A stretch of DNA of 64,000 nt, taken from assembly GCA_963804645.1 (NCBI GenBank), contig CAWDRG010000017.1, positions 480,001-544,000 on the forward strand, given 5' to 3'. The stretch is from an uncultured Bacillota bacterium (lineage in GTDB: Bacteria > Sysuimicrobiota > Sysuimicrobiia > Sysuimicrobiales > Segetimicrobiaceae). Under the pieces are notes generated by a model that was not told the origin of the DNA, did not search any database, and saw only the letters and a program-made list of their open reading frames with translations. Below are positions 30,998-42,409 of the stretch, one piece after another. The number at the start of each line of letters is the position of its first letter. Position 1 is the first letter of the stretch. The position numbers and the translations under genes are program-made.

Positions 30998-32879
30998 TCA
31001 GAACGTCGTCCCGGTGGAGATCCACAACTGTCCGCCCTCCGTGCTGATCCCGTAGTCGATGCGGAACAACCCCAGGGGGGTATGGGCCGCGATCCCAACC
31101 CCATAGTCGACATTCAGGTTGGTGGGCAGGGTGCCGAAGGGCTCGGTATCGCCGGCGTCCGCAAACACGATCCCGGTGAGCCCCGCGACCGACTTCAGGA
31201 ACGGGATCGAGCTGATCGGGAACCGGTACTCGCCGGTGAACAGCGACTCGTTGTCGCCCTGGAACCGGCCGTACACGTACCCCCGGAGCGTGTTCTGCCC
31301 GCCGAGGTAGAACTGCTCCTGAATCGGCAGCGGACCGCTCGCCGCCCCCAGGCTCATGCGTCCCACCACCACCGCGTCGCCGGCCGGCCAGTACTTGACG
31401 TAGTCGAACAGGATCTTCTCGAACGTAAAGTCTCCCCCGAGCGCGCTCTGCGTGTTGATCGAGATCTCGCTCCCCGACGTCGGGTTGAGCGGGTCGTTCC
31501 GCGTGTCCTTCTGCGCGCCGAGCAGGATCGCGTTGACCGTGCCGGGCGTGAAGACAAAATTGCTCGGGATCGTCGAGCTCGTGACGACGAGGTTGGACGC
31601 GGAGCCGAACTGCGTCGCGATGGACTTGACCCCGTACTGCCAGTTCTCGCCCGCGCTCGGAGGCCCGAACGGCGCCGTCCACGTGACCTGGCCGCCCTGC
31701 TGATACTCCGTGTATTGAAACCCGCCGTACAGCCCGCCGAACTGATAGTCCGTCGGAATCGTGGTCAGGTTGAACGCCTGGAAATCGAACGCGGTGTTGC
31801 GTCCCATCCAATACGGCTCGTGGAACGAGACGTTGAACTCGCTGCCGTTGAGGGAGGTCGTGTCGTACGCGACGGAGAGGCTCTGCCCGTTGCCGCCGAA
31901 GTCGCTGTCGCCCACGGAGACGAGCCCCTCGATGCCGTTGGTCGTGCTGTAGCCGGCGCCGAAGCTCAGCGTGGACGTCTTCTGCTCGGTCACGGTGATC
32001 GTCACGTCCACGGTGTCCGGCTGCGTGCCGGGCCCCGGATCGGCCTTCACGTCGGAGAAGTACTTGAGCGCGTACAGCTTCTTGAAGCTGGCGTTGATCT
32101 CGTTCGCGTTGAACACGTCCCCGACCTTGAACGTCAGGTTGCGGAGGACGACGTACTCCTTCGTCTTGTGCAGCCCCACGAACTTGATCGCCTCGATCTT
32201 GCCCTCGATGATCGTGACCGACAGCACGCCCTGGTCATCGACCGAGATATCCGAGACGCGCGCGAGCACGTAGCCGCGGTCCTGGTAGATCTTGTTCACC
32301 GCCTGCGCGCCCTGACCGCATCGTCACGGTGTTCAGCACCTGCCCCGGTCCGATGCCGATCGCTTTCTCGATGTCGGCGGTGCTCACCACGGTGTTGCCG
32401 TTGATCTTCACCGCGGTGACGACGGGATTCTCGGCCACGATGAACACCACCGTGACGCCGTCGGCCGTGGGCTCGAGGCGGACGGCGACGTCGGCGAACA
32501 GCCCGAGCCCGAGAATCGACTGCACGTCATTGCGCAGGGTCTCTTCGTTCAGCGGGTCGCCGGGCTTGGTCGCCACCGCGGCGAGCACCGTGGCGGTCGG
32601 CACGTGGTCGTTACCGCGCACCTGCACGTCGCTGATCTTCTGCGGCGGCAGCGTCTGCTGCGGCACCCCGGGGACCGGCGTGAACGGAGACGGCCCGGTG
32701 GGGGTAGGCGGCGGCGTCTGCGGCTGCCCGGGCTGGGGTGCCTGGCCGGGCTGCGGCGTCGTGATGTTGAACGGCTGCGCCGCGAGCGGACCCGCCCCGT
32801 ACCAGGCGAACAGCAGCACCCCGAGCAGGATGCCCGCCGCCGCGCGTACCGGTCCGATCCGTCTGAAGAATGCGCCCAC
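30998..32879 (-). CDS. bamA: Omp85/BamA outer-membrane assembly factor (frameshift ~32310)
   Basis: Signal peptide, Pro-rich linker, about three POTRA domains, barrel motifs FYLGG..LRGY, GEYRFP and TPLG.FR.DYG, terminal Phe. Confidence 0.9.
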
Positions 32880-33059
32880 GCTGACCTCCGCGATAGTGCA
32901 TGATATGCTGCCGCGCCGCCACCGAGGATCCCTCCCGCGCGCCCCCGTCAAAATGTGCCGGCCGGACGCCCGGCGTCGGGGGGCGAGAGCAGCGTGGCCG
33001 CTTCGCCGGACGCCGGCGCAAGCCACCTGGAGCGCAGCACCACGTCGTCGACGACTCGG

Positions 33060-33489
33060 TCACCGAACGTCCGCGCCGCAGCCGCCCACCGACACCTCGC
33101 GGGGCGGGAACGGCGGGAGCGTCAGCGCGCCGCCCGGGTCCAGCCGGATCACGTCCTCCGGCGCCGGTGCGGCGGATGCGGCCCGCGCCGCCGGCGTTGC
33201 CGCCGGTGCCGTCGCGCCGACGCCCAGGAACGCGGCGTATCCGACGGCGACGATCACGGCCGCAGCCCCGAGCGCCAGCGCGGCAGTCGGAACACGCCGC
33301 GCCCGCGGTGCGGGCGGCTCGGCCGCCAGCTGCATGCCGGCCTCGCGCGCACGGCGGACCTCCGCTTCGGCCAGCATCAGCCGGAGCACGGCCGCGCGGT
33401 GATCGCCGCGGCGGTGGTCACGCCGGGCACAGCGCCAGCCACTCCTCCGCGTGGCGCAGATGATCGAGCAGCGCGTCGGGCCGCCGCAT
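33060..33489 (-). CDS. Single-pass membrane hypothetical protein, candidate anti-sigma factor (frameshifted; both ends uncertain)
   Basis: MRRPDALLDHLRHAEEWL.. joins VLRLMLAEAEVRRARE after a shift, followed by one TM (ALALGAAAVIVAVGYAAFLGV); starts 4 bp after the sigma stop codon. Confidence 0.55.
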
Positions 33490-33493
33490 CGCG

Positions 33494-34151
33494 CTACTCG
33501 GGCACCCGCTGCGCCGAGAGCCCGGGTCCCGCCGGGGCGATCGCCTCTCGGAGCCGCTGGAGCGCGTGCTTCTGGAGCCGGTAGAAGTGGGACAGGCTGA
33601 TGCTGAGGTCCCGCGCGATCCGGCGCGGCTCCTCGGCCCGCAGAAACTGCCCGCGCAGGATGCGCCGTTCGCGCTCGTCCGGCAGGCGGTCGATCGCGGC
33701 CGCGATCTGATGCACGAGCACGCCGTCCTCGACGGACGCCAGCAGGTCGGCCGCCGCGGGATCCGGGAACTGCTCCAGCACGGCGTCTCCGGCGGCGTCA
33801 GCGGCGCCCGCCAGCCGCTCCGATCTCAGCGCGTTCAGGATCCGTCCCCGGATCCGATAGGTCGCGAACGTACTGAATCGCACCCCCCGCGCCGGATCGA
33901 ACCGCTCCACGGCCTGAATCAGCCCCACGGTCCCCTCCTGGATCATATCCATGAGGATCGCCTCGCGCAACCGCAGATGGGTCGCGATCTTGAACACGAG
34001 CGGCTGGTACGCCTCGATCAGGCGCGCCCGGCTGCGGCCGTCGCCCCGGCCTCGATACGCCGCCCAGAGCCGGGCCTCCTCGGCCGGCTTGAGCAGCGAC
34101 ACCGTTATGCAGTTCTCGCAGGTACTCCGCAAACAACGCTCCACGCTCCAT
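33494..34151 (-). CDS. Alternative sigma-70-family sigma factor (frameshift ~34100)
   Basis: YLREL..LLKPAEE (region 1.2), DMIQEG.VGLI.AVERFDP.RG.RFSTFA.YRIRG.I (region 2) and a region 4 HTH. Confidence 0.9.
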
Positions 34152-34220
34152 TTCTACAGTATCCACGCGCGCGGGCCGCGACTCTCCTCGAGCCGCCCCC
34201 GGCGCCGGGACCGGGCGTGC

Positions 34221-37200
34221 CTAAAACGGGATGCGGGCCAGCAGATAGAACACGTTGTCTCCCAAACTGTCCACATTATACGACGCGGACAGCGTGGGAC
34301 TGAGATTATACTGAATCCCGAGCACGGTATACGGCTGCCCGGTCGGGTTGAGGGGGGCGACGGTCCCGAAGCCCGGCCGCGTGTAGGCCGACGACCTCCC
34401 CAGGACCTCCCCGAGCGAGAGATACACGTTCGTCAGGATATACTTCCCGATCTGCACATTCAGCGGGCTCTGCGCATCGTACGAGATCGTCAGCGCGTCC
34501 AGGCCGAACGCCTGCTGCATCGACGACGAGATCGACCCGAACACCACCTGGCTCAGGAGGCCGCCCGGCGAGCTCTGCCCGCCGCTGGTGCCCGCGACCA
34601 GCGCGAGCACTTGGTCTTGGCTCATCGGCGGATCGGAGGTCCAGCTCAGCGTCGGCGTCGGCAGCACGCCGTCGACGTTCAAGAACACGCGCGTCGGGCC
34701 GTAGAGTCCCTGCGCGGTCACGGAGATGTGCGGAAAGAGCCCGGACCCCTCGGAAAACGTCAGGGCGCCCTGCGAGACCGTGTACGGCGTCCCCAGAATG
34801 TTGATCGTGCCGTTGACCGCCTGGATCTGCCCGGTGAGAACCGGCCTGCCGATCGTGCCGCCGATGTGCAGCCCGCCGGTGAGCCGGGCGCGCGCGGGGC
34901 CCTGCACGTAGTTCACGGCGTCGCCGAGCACGACCGAGGTGTCGAGCCGGATCGGCACGTCGCTGAGGGTGCCGGGGCCGGCCGCCTCGGTCACCGCGAC
35001 GGTGCCGTGCGAGAGGTTGATGGTCCCGGCCAGCGTCGGCCGCAGCGCGGGACCCGAGAGGCTGAGCGAGCCGTCGACCCCGCCGGAGTAGAGCCCGGGC
35101 ATCACGACGGTGATGTTCGTGCCGCTCAGGACGAGCGCGACGGTGTCCGGCCGCAGATCCTTCACGGAGACCGTCCCCTGTCCGGTCAGCGTGCCTCCGC
35201 CCATCGTGGCCGAGAGCTGCTGCAGCTCGATCTGCGACTGGGAGAAGTTGATGTTGATGTTGAGGTTCTCCACCGGGGTCGTGAGCGGCCCGATGAGGAA
35301 GCGTCCGCCGTGGGACTGGAGGACGCCCGTCATCTCGGGGTTCGCGGGGGTCCCCCCGATCGTGACGTCGCCGGCGATCGTGCCGCTGGCGTCGCGGATC
35401 GCGGGCGTAAACAGCGTCAAGAACGAGAGGTCGGTGTCGGCCAGCGACAGCCGCAGATCGAGCGGGCCGTTCGGCGTGAGGCCGAATGCGGACGGATCGA
35501 CCGGCAGCGTGCCCTCGAGCGCGAGCTCGTGGGTGCCTTTGTCGATCGTCCCATTTTCTACCGTGACGATGCCGTCCTTGTAGAACGCGAGCACGGCGAT
35601 CTGATCCACCGTGGCGTTGGGGAGCCCGGCGTTGGCCGCCTGGAACGACAGACCCGCGGTGGGGTCGCGGGTCGGCCCGCCGAACTGGACCGTGAAGTTC
35701 AGCGTCCCGGCCAAGACGTCCTTCGGGCCCATGCGAAACAGGGGACGCAGGAGGTTCGCGTCGAGATTCTGACCCGACAGCTCGACACTGCTGGTGCCCT
35801 CGAGCTCGACGCGGCCCTTCGCCGAGATCGAGCCCTGCTGCGGATGCAGCTCGAGGGTCTGGATGTCGACGACGCCGTGCGCGAGGACCAGGTCCGCGGT
35901 GCCGGTCCCGACGGGAATCCCGCTGACCTGGCCGTCCTGCATCGTGATCACCAGATGCGCCGTGGGATCCGCGAGCGCGCCGTCGAGCGCCACCGTGCCG
36001 TCGATCGTCCCGGCGACCGGCACCGGCGGCGCCGCGGACGTTGCGCGGAAGATCGTGGCGAGCTGCCCGTGCTGCACGGTGAAGTTGAGGTCCGCGGTCG
36101 GCTTCGACCCCATCTTGATCACGCCGGTCACGCCATAGCGCTGATCCTGCTGCGTCAGCGAGACCGGCGCCACGGTCAGGGCTTGGGCTCGATAGTCGAT
36201 CGCGCCCGACGCCTGGAAGGCCTGTCCGTTGATCGAGAGCCCGGGCGAGGCGACGGTCGCCTTGAGCTCAGGATCCTTCATCGTGCCCGTCACCTGGCCG
36301 GACAGCGAGACCGTGCCTGCCAGCGCGAGTCCCCACTGCCCGAGGGAGGGAATGTCCGACAGGTGGATCCGGTCGGCCGTGAACGCCAGGTCGACGGCGC
36401 CGCCGAAATCCACCAGGCCGGACGCGTCGAGCCGCGAGTCGTTGACCGCCGCGGAGAACGACTCGATCCGCACCTGCCCGCCGGTTCCGGCGAACTCGAT
36501 GGACGCCGCGTCGATGCGCTGGCCCGAGACCGTCCCCTGCGCGAACGCCACGGTTCCGGACACCGCCGGGTGCGCGAGCGGCCCGGCGACCGCGATGCGC
36601 CCCGCGAGCGTGCCCGAGACGTCGATCCCGGGCACGAGCGCGTGGGCGAGCGGGCCCGCCGGGACTCCCCGGGCCTGCACCGAGACGCCTTCGGCGAACA
36701 GCGGGTGCAGCCCGACCTCCCCGCTCACGTCGTAGGACGCCCCGCCGCGGACCAGGGCCAGCCCCGACGAGCCGATGCGCTGCGGCCCCGCGTCCACGTC
36801 GCCGGTGGCAAGGTCGAACGGCACGAGGCCCAGGCGCCCGTCCCACGCGGTGACCGCGCCGGAGACCACCGGCGCGGTCACCGTGCCCGTGAGCCGGCCT
36901 TCCAGATCGGCCTGCCCGGAGAGTCCGAGCATGGCGTCCTCCGCCTGCGGCGCGCCGAACCATCCCGGGATCTGCTCCAGCGGAACGTCGTAGACCGACA
37001 TCGCAAGATCCATGCCGCCCGCCGGGGTGATCCCGCCGAACCCGTACGCGACGGCGCCGCCGCGGCGCAGAGTGACAAAGTCGAGGGCCAACGCCCCCTG
37101 GTCGTCCCAAAACAGCGCGTGCAGATCATTGAACGACATGCCGCGCGCGGACCCGGCGGGCATCGTCACGGCGCCCAACAGGCGCGCCCGGTCACCGGTG

Positions 37201-38603
37201 CCCACCCCGGCGATGTCGCCCGACACCCGACCGCCGACGTCCGCCGGCACCGCGAGCCCGGTCTCACCCAGGGCCTGCAGATCCACGTCGTCGGCGGTGG
37301 TCGCAAACGCGTACGACCCCGAGGTCCCCGACACCCCGACCAGCCCGCTGCCCGCGACGTGTCCGCCCGCGACTCGCGCGGAGAGGTCGCTCACCGCGAA
37401 CAGACCCCCGCCGTACTGAAACCGGGTCCGCAGGCCCGAGAACGCGGCCGCGTTCACCCGGCCCGCCGCCGCGTCGACGGTCCCGTCCAGGTAGGGCGCG
37501 TCGATCGGTCCCGAGATCCACACGTTGCCGCTGGCCTGTCCCGCGAGCCGGATCCCGCCGCTCGCGAAGAACAGCCGGCGGACCATCCCAAGATCGACGC
37601 GCTGGGACGTGACGACGAGATCAAGCCATGTCTGGGCCCGCGCGGGAAAGTCCACGGTGCCCCGGACCTGGACCGGTTCGCCGTTCACGACCGCCGACAG
37701 GCGCGACGTGCCCGCGCGGTCGTCGCCCAGCACGATGGTGCCGGACAGGCTGCGGACGTTCAGGCGGCCCGGCAGGTACTCGATCGCGCCATCGCGGAGC
37801 CGGATCGTGGCCGAGTAGTCGAGCGTCGTCTCGCCGCCCTCGGGCGTGATGAGCATATGCGCCCGCGCGTCGAACCGCCCGCCGCCCCAGCGGATCTCCT
37901 GCAGGCGGACGAGATAGGCGCCCCAGCGCTTCGCGTCGCCGTCGTTCCAGGTCACGTCGAAATCGAAAATGCCGTCCGCCTCGAGGTACTCGCCCTGCAC
38001 GGCCGCCTGCTCCCCGTCCGTGCTTCGCCCCGAGAGCGCGAACGCGACCTGCCGGCCGGGGCGAAACTCGATCGTGCCGGCGATGCCGGAGAACCGCGTC
38101 GCAAACGGCGCGGACGCCGACTCCCAGCCGTCCGAGAAGCCCACGATCCCGCCCCGGACGACGACGCGGCCGTGCAGCTGCGGTCCAAGCGAGGTCTGGG
38201 TGCGGCTCAGATAGTCCTCGAAGTTCCACGCGCCCGCTGCGTCCCGCGCGACGGCGATCCGCGGGGTCACGAGGTCCACCTCGGCGACACTCTGCGTCAC
38301 GTCGCCGGGGTGGGTCAGCAGCGCACCCAGGTCGAGCCCGATGTGAATCTGATCCGCGGAAAACGCCACGCCCCGGCTGAACCCGCCGGGCTCGGCGATC
38401 ACGAGGTCGCGCAGATCAAAGCCCCGCCAGGGATCCCCGCCGACGCTGCCGAGGGCCACCGGCCGCCCGAGAGCCTGCCCGAGACGCGTGACCAGTTGCT
38501 GCCGGACCACCGCTGAGAGCCATCCGCTTGAGACAAACACCTCCCAGGCGGCGGTCGCGATCAGGACCACCATCGCGGCGGCGGCCAGTAGCCGCCAAGG
38601 CAC
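34221..38603 (-). CDS. tamB: TamB/AsmA-like translocation and assembly module protein (start uncertain, 38603-38651)
   Basis: N-terminal anchor, ~1450 aa of repeated 'GTL..P...G' beta-taco units and a C-terminal DUF490-like SDPPMSQDQVLAL..QIGKY segment. Confidence 0.85.
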   Translation of the reverse strand: MPWRLLAAAAMVVLIATAAWEVFVSSGWLSAVVRQQLVTRLGQALGRPVALGSVGGDPWRGFDLRDLVIAEPGGFSRGVAFSADQIHIGLDLGALLTHPGDVTQSVAEVDLVTPRIAVARDAAGAWNFEDYLSRTQTSLGPQLHGRVVVRGGIVGFSDGWESASAPFATRFSGIAGTIEFRPGRQVAFALSGRSTDGEQAAVQGEYLEADGIFDFDVTWNDGDAKRWGAYLVRLQEIRWGGGRFDARAHMLITPEGGETTLDYSATIRLRDGAIEYLPGRLNVRSLSGTIVLGDDRAGTSRLSAVVNGEPVQVRGTVDFPARAQTWLDLVVTSQRVDLGMVRRLFFASGGIRLAGQASGNVWISGPIDAPYLDGTVDAAAGRVNAAAFSGLRTRFQYGGGLFAVSDLSARVAGGHVAGSGLVGVSGTSGSYAFATTADDVDLQALGETGLAVPADVGGRVSGDIAGVGTGDRARLLGAVTMPAGSARGMSFNDLHALFWDDQGALALDFVTLRRGGAVAYGFGGITPAGGMDLAMSVYDVPLEQIPGWFGAPQAEDAMLGLSGQADLEGRLTGTVTAPVVSGAVTAWDGRLGLVPFDLATGDVDAGPQRIGSSGLALVRGGASYDVSGEVGLHPLFAEGVSVQARGVPAGPLAHALVPGIDVSGTLAGRIAVAGPLAHPAVSGTVAFAQGTVSGQRIDAASIEFAGTGGQVRIESFSAAVNDSRLDASGLVDFGGAVDLAFTADRIHLSDIPSLGQWGLALAGTVSLSGQVTGTMKDPELKATVASPGLSINGQAFQASGAIDYRAQALTVAPVSLTQQDQRYGVTGVIKMGSKPTADLNFTVQHGQLATIFRATSAAPPVPVAGTIDGTVALDGALADPTAHLVITMQDGQVSGIPVGTGTADLVLAHGVVDIQTLELHPQQGSISAKGRVELEGTSSVELSGQNLDANLLRPLFRMGPKDVLAGTLNFTVQFGGPTRDPTAGLSFQAANAGLPNATVDQIAVLAFYKDGIVTVENGTIDKGTHELALEGTLPVDPSAFGLTPNGPLDLRLSLADTDLSFLTLFTPAIRDASGTIAGDVTIGGTPANPEMTGVLQSHGGRFLIGPLTTPVENLNININFSQSQIELQQLSATMGGGTLTGQGTVSVKDLRPDTVALVLSGTNITVVMPGLYSGGVDGSLSLSGPALRPTLAGTINLSHGTVAVTEAAGPGTLSDVPIRLDTSVVLGDAVNYVQGPARARLTGGLHIGGTIGRPVLTGQIQAVNGTINILGTPYTVSQGALTFSEGSGLFPHISVTAQGLYGPTRVFLNVDGVLPTPTLSWTSDPPMSQDQVLALVAGTSGGQSSPGGLLSQVVFGSISSSMQQAFGLDALTISYDAQSPLNVQIGKYILTNVYLSLGEVLGRSSAYTRPGFGTVAPLNPTGQPYTVLGIQYNLSPTLSASYNVDSLGDNVFYLLARIPF

Positions 38604-38647
38604 CGCGCGCGTCCGGGAGGGCCGGGCCGGGCCCGGCGGGGCGCCTG

Positions 38648-40442
38648 TCAGTGCGCGCCGCCCCCGATCCGCAGCAGGATGGGAATACGTCCGTCCAGCA
38701 CCCAGGGCGTCGTCAGCGTCGACGAGATCCGCCCGGCCCCGGGGCCGGTCTGCGCGCCGGGGGGCACGGCGGTCGTCAGGATCTCCGCGACGATGTCGGT
38801 GTGCCGCTCCTGCTGCTCGAACAGGCGGATCGCCTCCGTCAGGCTGCCCGCCACGGGCGGCGTTTGCCCGGCGGCTGGGACGGTGCCGCCGTTCGGCAGC
38901 ACCGTCGTGGTCCCGGCCCGCACCACCAGCAGCGCCGGACCCGGGGGAAGATCGGCCGGGACGGTGACGGTGACGTCGCGGGTCTCGGGCTCGCCGCGGA
39001 ACGGCCGCACGGTGACGCGCACGTGCAGCAGTTCGCCGGGCGCGACGACGCGGGTGTCGACGTCCGCGGCGGTAATCAGCGCGGTCTCCTGGCGGCTGGT
39101 CACATGAATGTCCATCTCCATGTCGGTGGGCAGCACGTCGGTGAAGTCGTTGCTGAAGGCGAGGCGCAGCGCCGCCGGCACTTCCGAGAGCGCCTGCCCG
39201 GCGATGTCGCTCGCGCTGTAGAATCGGTTGTCGCGCGTGATCGCGTCCGGCAGACCGCGGCCCCGCACGGTCATCGTCACCTGCGGCCGTGCCGGCGCCG
39301 GAGCGGTTCAGCGCGCGCTCGATCGCCTCTCGGGCCCCGAGCGTGACGAGCGCCGGCGCCAGCGTCTTGTCGGGCAGCACTTGATACACGAAGCGGCGGG
39401 ACGCGCCCGAGTCGTCGTCGGTCACCCGGACCACGACGCCGAACAGCCGCGGCAGCACCCCGATCGTCCCGCCGACCGCCGCCGGACGGTCCTCCGTAAT
39501 GACGCCGACGACCGCGCCGGCCGCGCCGACTTTGATGTTCTGGGACAGCCCGCGCACCGTCTGTAAAATGGTCGCGTTCGTCAGCGCGTACGTCGCCGGC
39601 CCCAAGTTCATGAAGGGATGGCCGAAGGCCACCAGCCGGTTGCCGTCGCGGTACGTCAGCGTGCCGATCGCATACGCGCCGATGTCCCCGCGCAGCAGCG
39701 CGACCCCGATCGCGCTCCCCGGCTCCAGCGGCATCGACGGCGGCAGCGCGGCCGACGACCCGCCGGCCATCGGCTCGACCCCCATCGGCTCCAGCACTTG
39801 TGCGAGAGACGCCCGCGCGGCGTCGTCGAGCCCCGACAGAAACAGCGGCGTCGCCGCCGGCACCGCGACAAGCGTGCCGGGCGCCGTCCGCGCGACGGCG
39901 CGCCGGGACGCCGCGACCGTAATGTGTCGGATCACCTGGCCGCCGACGCGGAGCGGCGCGATCGCCACCGTCCGGGTGGACGGGACCGCCGCCGTTCGCG
40001 GCAGGTCGCGCAGCATGTACTCAATCGGCGTAAAGAGCCCGATGAACGGATCGGACGCCTGGAACGAGTAGCTGAACGCCCCCGCCAGCCGCCCGCCGAG
40101 ATAAATCGGGCTTCCGCTCATCCCGGCGGCCAGTCCCCCGGCGCTCTGCAGCGCCGGCCCGGACGCACGGAACAGCACGAGATCCCCGGCCGGTCCCGCG
40201 TTGCGCAGGATGCCGAGCACGCGCACCTGAAACTCCGAGAGGCGGGTGCCGACCAGCACCGTCCGACCCGTGCCGGTCATGCCGACGGTGATCGCCGACA
40301 CCGGCAGCACCGCGGGCCCCTGTGCGGAGCGCGCCGGAACGGCCGGGGCAGTCGTGCCGAGCACGACCACCGCCGCGATGGCCGCCCAGCGGGCCCGACC
40401 GACGTGCCGGTGCATCCATCGACCCGCCATCCGACCCGCCAT
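38648..40442 (-). CDS. SpoIVB/S55-family peptidase domain protein, paralog 2 (frameshift ~39285)
   Basis: Signal peptide, GMTG.G.TV..GT, AAGMSGSPIY, IGTLTYRDG..VAFGHP. Confidence 0.85.
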
Positions 40443-40447
40443 CGCCG

Positions 40448-42250
40448 CTACCTCACCGTCATCGGGATTTGGAACTTGCCGAGCACCACCCACTGGGTCG
40501 GCACCGTCGTGCCCGCCGGCGTCTCGATGTCGGGGTTCGCGTTGCTCCCGACCGCGGCGAGCACCGCCTCGGGCACCAGCTCGACGAGCACCTCAGTATT
40601 CTTGCCCGCGTCCTCGAATTGTGCGACCGCTTCCTCAAGCGACGCGGTCCCGGTCGGCGTTCCCTCCTGCCCGACGAGGGCCTGGAACACCTCGGCCGGA
40701 GACGCCCCGGTGCCGTTGTTCAACGTGCCCGCGGTGCCCACCAACAGGAACGCGGGGCCGGTCGGAAAGGTGCGGGGCACGGTAAACTGGACGATGCGGC
40801 TGAGGTCCTCAGACTCCCCGTACGGCCGCACCGCGACCGCGACCCGCATCGTGTCCCCGGGCCGCACCTCGCGCGTGCTGGGCCGCGCCGAGACGAGCAG
40901 GGCGGTGTCAGCGCGGCTCGTCACCGTGATGGTGATGGTCATGTCGATCGGGTCGATGCTCTGGAAAAAGTTGCCGAACAAGAGCTGCGTGGCGCCCGGC
41001 ACGTCGAGCGCGGAGGCGGTCGCGATATCGCCGATATCGTACGCGAGATCCTCGCGCACGATCGCGTCGGGGACGTCGCGGGCGCGCAGCGAGATGCTCA
41101 CCTGCGCGGACCCTCCCGCGACCTGATCCATCGCCCGCTGGATCAGGCTCAGCGCCGTGGTCGGCACGAACGCTTCGGCCAGGTCCGGCCGGCGCACGAC
41201 CTGCGCCCCGTACGACTGGGTCTTGCCGGTATCGGCATTCCGCACCTGCACCCGCACGCCGAACGTGCGGGGGAACTGCCCCACGGTCCCGGCGATCCCG
41301 ACCCCGCGGTCCTGCGAGATCATCCCCACGAGGCCGCCGATGCTGCCTTCCTTAAAAGGTTCGTTCAGCGAGCGGACGATCGTATCGATGTACGCGGTGG
41401 TCAGCATCATCGACGCCGAGCCCGCGTTCAGCATCGGGTGCCCGAACGCCAGAATCTGGTCCCCCCGGCGGTAGGTGACGGTGCCGATGCCCCCCATCTC
41501 GGCGTCCCCCCGCACCAGCTCCACGCCGAGCGAACTCCCGGGCTGCAGCGGCGGCGCCGCAAACGACGCCGACCCGGCGTACTGCTGGCGCGGGCTGACG
41601 TTGAACCGGCGGAGCGCCCGCGACAGAACCTGAAACGCCCCGGGCGTGACGCCGGACGCGAACAGCGACATCGCAGCCGGTGCGAACGCGGCGAGACCCG
41701 GCAGCGGGTGGGCGTTGTAGACCGCCGCGTCCGCGGCGGAGTTCATCACGAGCACGCGGGAGATCCGCCGCCCATCCGGCGCCGCGATCGGCCGGTCGGC
41801 CTGATACATCCCGGAGGCCGGCGACGCGCCCACGCCCGCGGGGGCCCCGAGGACTTTCAGCATCGCCTCGATCGGCGTCGCGAGGCTCAGGTCCGCGTCC
41901 GGCCCGGGAAACTCGTACCCGTAGCTGAGCGCGCCCAGCATGCGCCCGCCGATGTAGATCGGGCTCCCGCTCATCCCCGCCGCGTTGCCGCCGGCTTCCC
42001 GAATCGCGGGACCGCCGGCGCGGAACAGGACGAGGTCGGTCGGACCGCCGTGAAGAATGCCGAGGATCTTGACGTCGAACCGCTGGATCGTGGTACCGTG
42101 CAGTACCGTCAGGCCGTAGCCGGTCATGCCCGCCCGCACCGCGCTGATCGGCATCGTCGGCGGACCCGCCGGGCCCGCGGCCAGACCTTCGGACGCGGCG
42201 GCCCCGAGGCAGATCGCCAGGATGACCGCTATCGCTCCCACCCTCCGCAC
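40448..42250 (-). CDS. SpoIVB/S55-family peptidase domain protein, paralog 1
   Basis: Signal peptide, GMTGYGLTV.HGT, AAGMSGSPIY, IGTVTYRRG..LAFGHP. Confidence 0.88.
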   Translation of the reverse strand: MRRVGAIAVILAICLGAAASEGLAAGPAGPPTMPISAVRAGMTGYGLTVLHGTTIQRFDVKILGILHGGPTDLVLFRAGGPAIREAGGNAAGMSGSPIYIGGRMLGALSYGYEFPGPDADLSLATPIEAMLKVLGAPAGVGASPASGMYQADRPIAAPDGRRISRVLVMNSAADAAVYNAHPLPGLAAFAPAAMSLFASGVTPGAFQVLSRALRRFNVSPRQQYAGSASFAAPPLQPGSSLGVELVRGDAEMGGIGTVTYRRGDQILAFGHPMLNAGSASMMLTTAYIDTIVRSLNEPFKEGSIGGLVGMISQDRGVGIAGTVGQFPRTFGVRVQVRNADTGKTQSYGAQVVRRPDLAEAFVPTTALSLIQRAMDQVAGGSAQVSISLRARDVPDAIVREDLAYDIGDIATASALDVPGATQLLFGNFFQSIDPIDMTITITVTSRADTALLVSARPSTREVRPGDTMRVAVAVRPYGESEDLSRIVQFTVPRTFPTGPAFLLVGTAGTLNNGTGASPAEVFQALVGQEGTPTGTASLEEAVAQFEDAGKNTEVLVELVPEAVLAAVGSNANPDIETPAGTTVPTQWVVLGKFQIPMTVR

Positions 42251-42409
42251 GCTCGTCCCCCCTCGTGGCCTCATCGGTGTGACCCCGGCGCCGTCGCGCG
42301 ACGACCGTGTGCTCTCGGCGCCTTGGGCACCGCGGACATCCCCCGAAAACGGCACGAGGGGCACGCGCGCATGCCCCTCCTCACCGGCTGCTCCGGTCCC
42401 CGAGGACCG

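Noticed and set aside
23027..38516. Very long plus-strand ORFs (1010 aa, 1521 aa and similar)
   Set aside because: Antisense shadows of high-GC minus-strand genes; Arg/Pro/Gly-rich with no motifs.
34221..40493. 2090-aa S55 peptidase-TamB fusion in the ORF track
   Set aside because: Caused by a frameshift at ~39285. The S55 C-terminus continues in ORF 38648..39280, matching paralog 1, and TamB has its own N-terminal anchor.
38648..42250. Sporulation inferred from SpoIVB-like genes and the sigma factor
   Set aside because: No other sporulation genes are in the window, the architecture differs from SpoIVB, and the context is outer-membrane biogenesis.
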